Notes under the pieces: model-generated | What the model was told of the DNA's origin: nothing | Database searches by the model: none | The model's input: the letters and a program-made list of their open reading frames with translations, nothing else | Source of the DNA: Patescibacteria group bacterium | GTDB taxonomy: Bacteria > Patescibacteriota > Patescibacteriia > Patescibacteriales > JBAZCA01 | Direction: 5' to 3' | Assembly (NCBI GenBank): GCA_041671125.1 | Contig: JBAZCA010000005.1 | Location: 21,864-85,863 of the forward strand | Length of the DNA stretch: 64,000 bases | In this document: one piece after another, positions 8,703-16,346 of the stretch | Layout of the letters: each line of letters begins with the position of its first letter | Position numbering within the stretch: the stretch's first letter is position 1 | Translations under genes and position numbers: made by a program

Positions 8703-9617
8703 CTATTTATTAAAATTATATGACTGCTTAATCAGATAAAAAACATTATCAATCTGATCTTCTTTTGTTATTTTTACTTCATAATCACCATTTCCCCAGT
8801 GTCCAACTGGTTTAGGATTAAGCAAATCTCTAGCGATATTCTTAGGATCATCTAATTTTCCACTAGGGACATTTAAAAACACTTTAATATCCTTGCTACG
8901 AATTTCTACGTCAACAAAATTAGTCGCCATTTTATAGGCAATATATAATTTTTTTGGCTCCTCAATAATATCGGTATCTAGGGCGGTAATTTTTTCTCTT
9001 AAAGCATAAAATATTCTTTTTATTTCCTCTTTTTTACCTCTTAAATGATCTTCTAATTTATATTGCTTCTGTAATTTTTCACCTATTTCTTTTTCTTTCT
9101 TGGAATTTTTATAAATTTGAGTTGTGCTTATTCTAACCTTTTCTTGCTTTTCTAAATCTAATTGCAACAGATCATCTTCGTATAAACCATATTTTAACAA
9201 TTCAATTTTTATCGGCAATATTTCGGCCGTATCCAAATCAAATTTATTATAACTCTCTGCTACACAAATCACGCGCGGAGATGCCCAATCAATTTCGCAT
9301 TTAATATCTTTATCCCTGCATAACATTTCAAAATTGGCTCTATGATCCAAAAGCCATTTTAAATAAGACAGTCCCTGATTAATTACATTATCATTTTGCC
9401 CTTTTTTATATTCAATAATGCAAGGTGAGCCATTTTTATCTACCCCAAGCGTATCAATTCGTCCGCCGGAAGTTGTGCTAAATTCAGAGGCCAAAAAGTT
9501 AATATTTAAAATCTCGCTAAGATTATTTTCAAATAAATTTTGGATATCTCTTTCTTTTAAAACTTCGCAAGAAGATAACTTTTTTGCGTTTTTGTCCTTG
9601 ATTTTAAATAATGGCAT
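8703..9617 (-). CDS. NucS/DUF91-like PD-(D/E)xK nuclease with DUF5655-like C-terminal domain
   Basis: GGRIDTLGVDKNGSPCIIEYKKG..QGLSYLKWL gives a D...ExK core. The C-terminal part (YIAYKMATNFVDVEI..GHWGNGDYEV) resembles DUF5655. Confidence 0.6.
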   Translation of the reverse strand: MPLFKIKDKNAKKLSSCEVLKERDIQNLFENNLSEILNINFLASEFSTTSGGRIDTLGVDKNGSPCIIEYKKGQNDNVINQGLSYLKWLLDHRANFEMLCRDKDIKCEIDWASPRVICVAESYNKFDLDTAEILPIKIELLKYGLYEDDLLQLDLEKQEKVRISTTQIYKNSKKEKEIGEKLQKQYKLEDHLRGKKEEIKRIFYALREKITALDTDIIEEPKKLYIAYKMATNFVDVEIRSKDIKVFLNVPSGKLDDPKNIARDLLNPKPVGHWGNGDYEVKITKEDQIDNVFYLIKQSYNFNK

Positions 9618-9621
9618 AAAA

Positions 9622-10341
9622 TTATAAATTATTAGCTAATTCTTCGTAAGCAGTTATTATGAAAGGCATTTGAGGAACTATAGTCTCCATTTTAACATTT
9701 ACTAAGGGATTATGGGCGGCCGTATCTCCTAAAAATTTTATTCCTTTTAATTCGCTTGCAGTTTTCGGCAAAATAATGTGCCTATTATTTATTTTTTCTT
9801 TACTCGCAATATCAATCATTTTTTCCAAGCCAACAAGGAAACCAGGCTTACTAATATCTTCAATTTTAGCTTGTATTTCTTGTTTGGAAAAAACTAAAAG
9901 AATTAATTTTTCTAATATCTTTCTTAGCAGAAATGCGGTACAGGTACCGCTACAGCCAAAGCTATGTTCCAGATCTTCAAATTCAATTTTAAAATCTTTC
10001 TTTAATTTATCGGTTAACTCGGCTGAGAATAAAGAAGCATCAGATATTTTCTTCTTATTTTTTAACGGATTCTGCAAATATTTAACATGATTTATTCCTA
10101 CTTCAGTGATTTCGATTACTCCATTGTTGGATTTAACCCAATTTTCTTTTTGAGCATGATATAACTGGCTTGGATTATACAATCTCTTAAATTGTGTTTT
10201 AGGCCATTCCTTTTTTAATGCTCTAACTCCTGTATTATTTTCTATTTGTCCATCGGTTAAAAAATAAATTAAGGCAAGAATTTTTTCTTTCCCCGACATC
10301 TTACTTAATGGCAGACAGGATAAAAAATTAATTTTATTCAT
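9622..10341 (-). CDS. wHTH-like N-terminus plus DUF4145-like C-terminal domain protein
   Basis: N-terminus is alignable with the 10346-10735 product. C-terminus has LRKILEKLI...LKGIKFLGDTAAHNP, typical of DUF4145. Confidence 0.45.
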   Translation of the reverse strand: MNKINFLSCLPLSKMSGKEKILALIYFLTDGQIENNTGVRALKKEWPKTQFKRLYNPSQLYHAQKENWVKSNNGVIEITEVGINHVKYLQNPLKNKKKISDASLFSAELTDKLKKDFKIEFEDLEHSFGCSGTCTAFLLRKILEKLILLVFSKQEIQAKIEDISKPGFLVGLEKMIDIASKEKINNRHIILPKTASELKGIKFLGDTAAHNPLVNVKMETIVPQMPFIITAYEELANNL

Positions 10342-10345
10342 TTTT

Positions 10346-10735
10346 TTACTTTAAAATATTCTCCCATTCTTCTGTTAATTGGTACATGCCATATTCATGC
10401 GTATCAACCCAGCCCTTAGTCTTGGCCTCATTGGGATAGAAATCGTTATAATTTCCAAGTAGTTTTTTTGTTGACATTTTTGCCCAAAGACTCTTTATGT
10501 CCGTCATGGAAATATCTTTTTCAATATCGCCCTTTGCTAAAAAAGCAACCATTAAAACAAATTTCTTTGGTCCACTCTTATCGCTGGCATATCTTGATAT
10601 ATAAGCCCTTGGGTTTAGATCGAATTTAATTAATTCGTTGTCAGTATTAAAATGTTGCTGTTTTTTGGTGTTAAAAACTTTTTTTTCTAATTCTAATATT
10701 CTTTTTTCTAACTCATTTATTTTTTGATCAGACAT
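10346..10735 (-). CDS. Small coiled-coil plus wHTH-like protein (Mrr_N-like pattern)
   Basis: KFVLMVAFLAKGD...NEAKTKGWVDTHEYGMYQLTEE. Paralogous to the N-terminus of the next gene. Confidence 0.4.
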   Translation of the reverse strand: MSDQKINELEKRILELEKKVFNTKKQQHFNTDNELIKFDLNPRAYISRYASDKSGPKKFVLMVAFLAKGDIEKDISMTDIKSLWAKMSTKKLLGNYNDFYPNEAKTKGWVDTHEYGMYQLTEEWENILK

Positions 10736-10747
10736 AAATTTATAGTA

Positions 10748-11398
10748 TTATTTTTTAGAATAAACCCAAATTTTACCCATGCCGGCTTCGGTATCTATTT
10801 TTTTTCTTGATAAAATATCGTTTCTCACTAAAGGGAGAAGATAAGACGGCAAACTGGATAGCTTTAACGATGTAACTCCTTTCTCTATTAATTTTTTATA
10901 AATTTCGGTGCCATTCTTGCCAGTATTAAAAAATCCCTCTTCATTTAGTTTAAGTAAAAAATCTGTAACTGATGACTTTCTGGGCTTATTATTTTTTTTT
11001 ACACTTTTAGGGGAGTTACTTTCCGAATTAGGATTTTCAAAGTATGCCTGTAAACTAAAAATCCCTTGAGGAAGAATAAAATATTTTCCCTTTTGAGATT
11101 CAACTTTATACTCGTCTTTTAATGATTTAAGTATAGGTCTTAGTGTGTTTCCCTTAATACCTAAATTTTTTTCTAATTCAAATAGAGATACTAAAATTTC
11201 ATTTTTTTCGAGCAATTTCCATGCTTCTTTGCCGCATAAATATAATAAAATACGTTCTCTGTTGGGTAGCTTATTGCTCTGTTGGGTTAAAACCACTGAA
11301 TTTCCTTGCTTCACGAGATTTACGTTTCCCGTAAGCACTTTATCTAATAAATCCTCAGTAACCTCCGTGTTATTAATAATCAAATTTTTTAAAGCCAT
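10748..11398 (-). CDS. Protein with two wHTH-like modules, first gene of the operon
   Basis: NRERILLYLCGKEAWKLL..LEKNLGIKGNTLRPILKSL..KGKYFI, then a second module VTDFLLKLNEEGFF..GKIWVY. No catalytic motif seen. Confidence 0.4.
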   Translation of the reverse strand: MALKNLIINNTEVTEDLLDKVLTGNVNLVKQGNSVVLTQQSNKLPNRERILLYLCGKEAWKLLEKNEILVSLFELEKNLGIKGNTLRPILKSLKDEYKVESQKGKYFILPQGIFSLQAYFENPNSESNSPKSVKKNNKPRKSSVTDFLLKLNEEGFFNTGKNGTEIYKKLIEKGVTSLKLSSLPSYLLPLVRNDILSRKKIDTEAGMGKIWVYSKK

Positions 11399-11749
11399 AT
11401 TTTTTGAGTTAGTTAAATTATATTAAGAGTATATCAGAAACAGAAACATTGTCAAGTATTTTTCAATAATATCAACTTTAGTGCTAATTTAAGACAAAAT
11501 ATATTATTAGATATTTATATTTTTACAAATGTTTCTTAATATTTATTTGTTATTGAATGTTTAGTATAATAATTTATAGATTATATTTATATCTATAAAT
11601 ATAATAAAACATAATAATATTAAGTTGTTTGTTATTAAATTAGTTTTATTTAGCTATAATTAGACAAAATATATATACAAGTAATTATATGTTTATTAAA
11701 AGTTTATCATCTAAACTTTTTACTGTCAAATTTTCTTACATATCTAATT
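11399..11749. promoter_or_regulatory. Extremely AT-rich control region upstream of the four-gene operon
   Basis: About 350 nt, almost devoid of G/C. Direct repeats taatt(t)a(a)gacaaaatatat at 11486-11506 and 11656-11677. tttgttattRaat occurs twice (about 11545 and 11625). Confidence 0.4.
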
Positions 11750-11751
11750 TA

Positions 11752-11790
11752 AAAACGACCGCCCCCTCTGACGAGGGGTGGTCGTTTAAA
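11752..11790 (-). terminator. Terminator after the R-M operon
   Basis: cgaccgccccctc tgac gaggggtggtcg hairpin with a T-run on the minus strand. Confidence 0.6.
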
Positions 11791-11828
11791 ATTTTATCAT
11801 GCTTAGGGTGGAAAATTAATAAACTACA

Positions 11829-12473
11829 TTATTGTGCCATTTCGAAAATCTTACTTACAAGCCCTTTTCTCGCATAAAACGCCCTTGTTATCGGCCGTCT
11901 TTCGCCGGTTCGGAGATTTATTCCGCCAGTTCCTTTTGTTCTCGCTTGTATCCACTTGCCGTCTTTACCAGTTAATCTGCTAAAACCCTCTTTTATAAGT
12001 TTCGCCCGGATAAAATCATAATCAGCTTTAATCTCTTTTATTAGATCGTCATTTTCGGCAAAATCTAGGCTAGTTACCTTTAGTATCTCAGCTTCTTCCG
12101 AATTTTTACCATGCCACATAATGGCGCAAAAAACAATTGATTTTAATTTAGCCCAGCAATGGCTTTCGAAAAATGAATGCTTTTTTAACTCCTCGGGATT
12201 GATCATGGTAATGGCCATGGTTTCTTTCGGGATGAGTATACCTTTTACATAATAAAAGCTCACCGATTTCAATTCATAGGATAAACCGTTAGGAGCTTTG
12301 GAAACATTATTTTGCAAACCGGCCAGTCTTTCCAAGATCAAACCTTTCCAGCCTTTGTTTTGTTTGCCGGTTTCATAAGTAGTAATACCGTATTCAACGG
12401 CCAGCTTCATCAAATCTTTACCGATATACTTTTTTAAATTTTGTATCGCTACTGTGCGGGTAACAATTTTCAT
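11829..12473 (-). CDS. MutH/Sau3AI/MvaI-BcnI superfamily restriction endonuclease
   Basis: NKGWKGLILERLAG..SYELKS parallels the MutH segment KGWIGVLLEIWLG..GVELKT (from memory). C-terminal ..RAFYARKGLVSKIF parallels MutH RGFYLKKNFT. Confidence 0.65.
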   Translation of the reverse strand: MKIVTRTVAIQNLKKYIGKDLMKLAVEYGITTYETGKQNKGWKGLILERLAGLQNNVSKAPNGLSYELKSVSFYYVKGILIPKETMAITMINPEELKKHSFFESHCWAKLKSIVFCAIMWHGKNSEEAEILKVTSLDFAENDDLIKEIKADYDFIRAKLIKEGFSRLTGKDGKWIQARTKGTGGINLRTGERRPITRAFYARKGLVSKIFEMAQ

Positions 12474-12483
12474 GTAAAAAAAG

Positions 12484-13338
12484 TTATTTACTGCTTCCCA
12501 AGTCCTTCAATCTTTTTATTGATAAATCAAGGTATTTTTTTTCTAAGTCAATCCCGATGAATTTCCGGTTATTGAGGTAAGCGGCCAATCCGGTTGTGGA
12601 TGATCCGGTAAAGGGATCCAAAACAGTATCGCCCTTGTCTGTGCTTGCCATAACAATTCTCACTAATAAATCAATTGGCTTTTGGGTTGGGTGTTTGCCG
12701 AACTTCTTTTCCGCCGGTTTAGGCGTTCCCATAGCCCAAACACTCCTCATCTGCAATCCCGGCTTCTTTAAGAAGTCATCCGGCCAGTTACCGTCTTTCA
12801 TGGCCTTGTAATTAAATTTATGTTTGCCTTTTTTGTCTTTTCTCGCCCAGATAAGCGTTTCATGGCTGGCGGTAAAAAATCGACAACTTAAATTCGGGGA
12901 AGCGTTGGGCTTAAACCAGACAATATCATTTAGAATATGAAATTTATTAACCTGCAAGGCAAAACCGCATTGATAAATTGAATGGTAGGTTCCGGAAATC
13001 CAGATCGTTCCGCCGGGCTTTAATACTCTATGGCAGGCCTTTATCCATTCAATATGAAATTCAAAATCTTTCTTTAAACCGTTGCTAACGTCCCATTGGC
13101 CTTTATTGACGCTTACCATTTTTCCGCTATCACAAGTAAAACCGCCATTAGATAAAAGATATGGCGGATCGGCAAAAATCATGTCAATGGAATCTTCCTT
13201 GACTTCCTTATTTAAGAAATCAATAGAATTGCCTAAATATAATGAAAAATCGTTATGTTTGAAGTAGGGTTTGCTCATACTGAAATAATATCCTCTTTTA
13301 CTCATGCCGTCAATCATTTTTCTATAAAAACCGGCCAA
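12484..13338 (-). CDS. Beta-class N6-adenine (or N4-cytosine) DNA methyltransferase, DpnA-like
   Basis: Motif IV IFADPPYLLSNGG lies before motif I VLDPFTGSSTTG. NLSCRFFTASHETLIWARK and GKHPTQKP are also present. The listed start is TTG 13338; ATG 13278 (MSKPYF..) is more likely. Confidence 0.85.
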   Translation of the reverse strand: MAGFYRKMIDGMSKRGYYFSMSKPYFKHNDFSLYLGNSIDFLNKEVKEDSIDMIFADPPYLLSNGGFTCDSGKMVSVNKGQWDVSNGLKKDFEFHIEWIKACHRVLKPGGTIWISGTYHSIYQCGFALQVNKFHILNDIVWFKPNASPNLSCRFFTASHETLIWARKDKKGKHKFNYKAMKDGNWPDDFLKKPGLQMRSVWAMGTPKPAEKKFGKHPTQKPIDLLVRIVMASTDKGDTVLDPFTGSSTTGLAAYLNNRKFIGIDLEKKYLDLSIKRLKDLGSSK

Positions 13339-13689
13339 AATTGCCTTTAATATAGGCTTGTTTTTTATTTCTGAAAAAGTTTACGTGAACTTATAAGAAT
13401 ATGGATGAATTATGATTATTTAGGGTGGGAAAAGTTTATTCCCAATTTTCCCCATGCTAAGCTGGTATGCTTTTTTTAACTTTGCCTTTTAATAATCTTT
13501 CGTTAAGAATAAACATTTTGGCGGACCGGTTGCCCGACCGGCCGCCAAAATGTTTGCTTACGATATTTAAGGCAATTTTAAAAGCAAAAGGTTCATCTCT
13601 TAACTTGATTATAATCACACATCTAACGAAAAATTCTCTTATTTTCTCTAATATTGGGGTATTCCTTTTTTCGGACATATTTTCGAAAT

Positions 13690-13878
13690 ATGGAATTTAC
13701 TAACGAGCAGTTAGATCAGATTATTGCTCTTTTCCGGGATGAGTTAGGCGTAGAAATTGACCGGGCCGAAGCCCGGAGGCAAGCCACATCCCTAATAAAT
13801 TTGATTAAGCAGGTTTACCGGCCAATGAGCAAAAAAGACTTTGCCAAATATGTTGCCAAGGTCAAGAATTACCGATAA
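13690..13878 (+). CDS. Small hypothetical protein upstream of the recombinase (possible directionality factor)
   Basis: MEFTNEQLDQIIALFRDELG.., 62 aa from the ATG at 13690. Followed by hairpin 13889-13921. Function is a guess. Confidence 0.3.
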   Translation: MEFTNEQLDQIIALFRDELGVEIDRAEARRQATSLINLIKQVYRPMSKKDFAKYVAKVKNYR

Positions 13879-13943
13879 AATGTAAGAGCTTACCCGGCTC
13901 AATAAATGGGTCGGGTAAGCTAAGATTACGCCTTATATTACCT

Positions 13944-15614
13944 ATGAATAAACCAAACTCCACAATTCGCTATTTCGCCTATGTCAGAAAGTCCACCGAG
14001 GGCGAGGAACGGCAGGCTTTATCAATTGAAAGCCAAAAGGACAAAGTTTGGGAAGTTTTTCCGGATTTGGAGATTGTTGATATTTTAGAAGAAAAACATT
14101 CGGCTTTTAAGCCATATAACCGGCCGGTTTTTGATGAGATGATTAAAAGGATAAGAAAAGGGGAGGCTACCGGGATTATTGCCTGGCACCCGGATCGGTT
14201 AAGTCGGAATGAAATAGACGCTTCCACGATTACTTATTTAGTCCGGACGGGCGTTATTCATGATTTAAAATTCGGCTCATATAATTTTGATAACTCACCC
14301 GAGGGAATAATGATGTTACAGTTGGCTTTGTCGCAGTCGCAATATTTTTCTTCTAAGCTGGGAAAGGACGTAAAAAGAGGTTTAGAGAAAAAGGTTAGTT
14401 TAGGCTGGCTTCCCGGTGTTGCGCCGGAAGGCTATTTAAACGATATGAGGCTGGAAAAAGGGCAAAGAACGATTATCACCGACAAGAAGCGGGCGGTTTT
14501 ACTCAGGCGGGCTTTTGATATGTTTTTAACCGGGGCTTATTCGGCGCAAGAGGTTTTTAACAAGTTAAATAATGAATGGGGCTACCGGACAAGAAAAAAG
14601 AAAAAAATGGGCGGTAAGCCATTATCAAGAAGCCTTTGGTATAAAATACTCAATAATCCTTTTTACGCCGGTGTTATCGTCTATAACGGCAAGGAAAGCA
14701 AAGGCAGGCAAAAGCCGATAATAACTATTGATGAATTTAATAGAATTCAAGAATTATTGGGCGGTAAGGGTTGCATGAAAAAACCGGGAAAAAGGGATTT
14801 TACTTTTACCGGGCTTTTTCGTTGCGGAGTTTGCGGTTGCCTAATTACCGCCGAGCATAAAACCAAATATATTAAAAGCCAAAACAAAGTTAAAGGCTAT
14901 GATTATTACCATTGCACCCATAAGAAAAAAGAAATTGATTGCCGGCAAGGGTCGGTTTTGGAAGAAGATATTAAGCATGAGATATTATTAAAATTGAAAG
15001 GAATAGAAATTCATCCGAAATTTCTTGAATGGGGACTTGAATATTTGGACAGCGTAAAAGAAACGGAAAATGAGAAAAAGAAAATAATTGATACTAATCA
15101 AAAATTCCAAACAGCGGAACTGGAAAGCCAGCTTTCCGAATTAACCATGATGAGGGCGAAAAAATTAATTGATGATGAGGGATTTATAAAAGAATCGGAT
15201 AAGCTGAAAAAGCAAATCAAAGATTTGAAAAAAGGCGAAGAAAAAAATGATCTTGAAGCGGATATTAAATTTGCCAAAGAAAAATTATCTTTTTGCGTTT
15301 TTGCTTTTAAGAGATTTATTGAGGGCGGAAAAGACGCCCAAAAAGAGATACTCGCCCAGTTAGGCTCGAACCGGGAAATAATCAATAAAAATGTAGTGAT
15401 TACGCTTAATCCGTGGCTTATTCCGATACACGAGAACGCCGAACAGTTTAACGCCGAAATGAAGAGGTTAGAACCGGCTTTAACCCTTACAAATACAACA
15501 CAAAAAGAGGCTCTCGCCTCTCTTCGTTCACGTTGGCTCGGGGACCTGGATTCGAACCAGGATAAACGGCTTCAAAGGCCGCTGTCTTGCCGTTGGACGA
15601 TCCCCGAAATATGA
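13944..15614 (+). CDS. Large serine recombinase
   Basis: N-terminal resolvase domain YVRKSTEGEERQALSIESQ and GIIAWHPDRLSRN. Recombinase domain, zinc ribbon CGVCGC..YYHCTHKKK, coiled coil. The last 23 codons run antisense through tRNA-Gln. Confidence 0.85.
   Translation: MNKPNSTIRYFAYVRKSTEGEERQALSIESQKDKVWEVFPDLEIVDILEEKHSAFKPYNRPVFDEMIKRIRKGEATGIIAWHPDRLSRNEIDASTITYLVRTGVIHDLKFGSYNFDNSPEGIMMLQLALSQSQYFSSKLGKDVKRGLEKKVSLGWLPGVAPEGYLNDMRLEKGQRTIITDKKRAVLLRRAFDMFLTGAYSAQEVFNKLNNEWGYRTRKKKKMGGKPLSRSLWYKILNNPFYAGVIVYNGKESKGRQKPIITIDEFNRIQELLGGKGCMKKPGKRDFTFTGLFRCGVCGCLITAEHKTKYIKSQNKVKGYDYYHCTHKKKEIDCRQGSVLEEDIKHEILLKLKGIEIHPKFLEWGLEYLDSVKETENEKKKIIDTNQKFQTAELESQLSELTMMRAKKLIDDEGFIKESDKLKKQIKDLKKGEEKNDLEADIKFAKEKLSFCVFAFKRFIEGGKDAQKEILAQLGSNREIINKNVVITLNPWLIPIHENAEQFNAEMKRLEPALTLTNTTQKEALASLRSRWLGDLDSNQDKRLQRPLSCRWTIPEI
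15534..15607 (-). tRNA. tRNA-Gln (anticodon UUG), CCA encoded
   Basis: Hand fold: acceptor TCGGGGA/TCCCCGA, D-arm GTC-CAACGGCAA-GAC, anticodon stem GCGGC/GCCGT with loop CTTTGAA, T-arm CCTGG-TTCGAAT-CCAGG, discriminator G, then CCA. Closely parallels E. coli tRNA-Gln. Confidence 0.9.
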
Positions 15615-15629
15615 TTTACCTAGTTACAT

Positions 15630-15734
15630 AAAAGGCCGCTGTCCCCGCCTCTCCGGCGGGCAGGTTGCCTTGTTGGACCTGCCCGCAATGCTGCGCTATG
15701 CTTGCATAGCGTTGCAGGCGGGCGATCCCCGAAA
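15630..15734 (-). pseudogene. Duplicate of the tRNA-Gln 5' half interrupted by two GC-rich hairpins
   Basis: cgatccccgaaat (15722-15734) and aaaggccgctgtc (15630-15642) repeat 15598-15610 and 15578-15590. The D-loop remnant ttgccttgttggac sits between inserts of 21 and 44 nt. Confidence 0.5.
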
Positions 15735-15775
15735 TTATCCAAAACAATCCCGGAACCCCGGGATTTTCTATTTAA

Positions 15776-15804
15776 ATATTAGGATAGTTTTACTGCAGTG
15801 TCAA
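15776..15804 (-). promoter_or_regulatory. Sigma-70-type promoter reading toward the tRNA-Gln locus
   Basis: Minus strand reads TTGACA, a 17-nt spacer (ctgcagtaaaactatcc), then TAATAT. Confidence 0.55.
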
Positions 15805-15948
15805 TTTAATTGCACCCGAAAGGTTAAAATGGTAAAATATCATAAGGTCGCGATTGGCGCGGCCTGACAAAAGAATCAAACCCGGCTGACCGAATATGCA
15901 AGCATTTGGTCAGCCGGGAAGGTTTTATTTTTATTTGCTTTGGACGCT

Positions 15949-16327
15949 TATGGTTTCAGATATCGTAAAAAATAATTTTCTTTTTTATTTTACCCGGCTG
16001 GGGCTGGGGCTCGTTTTTGACATCCTTTATTTTCCGGTTTGGTGGTATACGCGCGGGGCGGTTATGATTTTAAGGCGGCTTGGGAATATGATAGCGGGCG
16101 AAGAAAAATCGCTCGCGCTTATGGTCTGGATAAAAAATATTTTTCGTCCCATGTACGGGGTGCGCGGCTGGGATGGATATTTAATAAGTTTTCTTGTGCG
16201 TTTTTTCCAGATTATCATCCGTTCCATCGCGCTTATAGCCGCGGTTGCTATCGCTTTAGCGCTTTTCGTTTTATGGCTCACCCTCCCTTTAATCGCGATC
16301 GGTCAGGTTTTTTATCAGCTGGGCTAA
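15949..16327 (+). CDS. Hypothetical membrane protein
   Basis: Three or four hydrophobic helices. Start moved to ATG 15949 because 15896-15935 forms an 11-bp hairpin. Confidence 0.4.
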
Positions 16328-16346
16328 CGCATAATGAGAATCAAAA

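Larger units (their letters stand above)
8674..15543. mobile_element. Integrated island at the 3' end of tRNA-Gln (serine recombinase, R-M pair, AT-rich four-gene operon)
   Basis: GCTCGGGG occurs at 8674-8681 and at 15536-15543 (inside the tRNA acceptor 3' strand). Composition drops sharply at 8682. The recombinase gene abuts the tRNA. Confidence 0.6.

Noticed and set aside
13457-13678. 73-aa minus-strand ORF (and 13467-13703 on the plus strand) between the methyltransferase and the recombinase
   Set aside because: It runs through a GC-rich hairpin (13513-13552), has no start context or motif, and overlaps the more plausible small plus-strand ORF. I considered a C-protein-like R-M controller, but no HTH pattern is visible.
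15670-15867. 65-aa plus-strand ORF
   Set aside because: It covers the tRNA 5'-half fragment, a hairpin and the minus-strand promoter, so it is not credible coding sequence.
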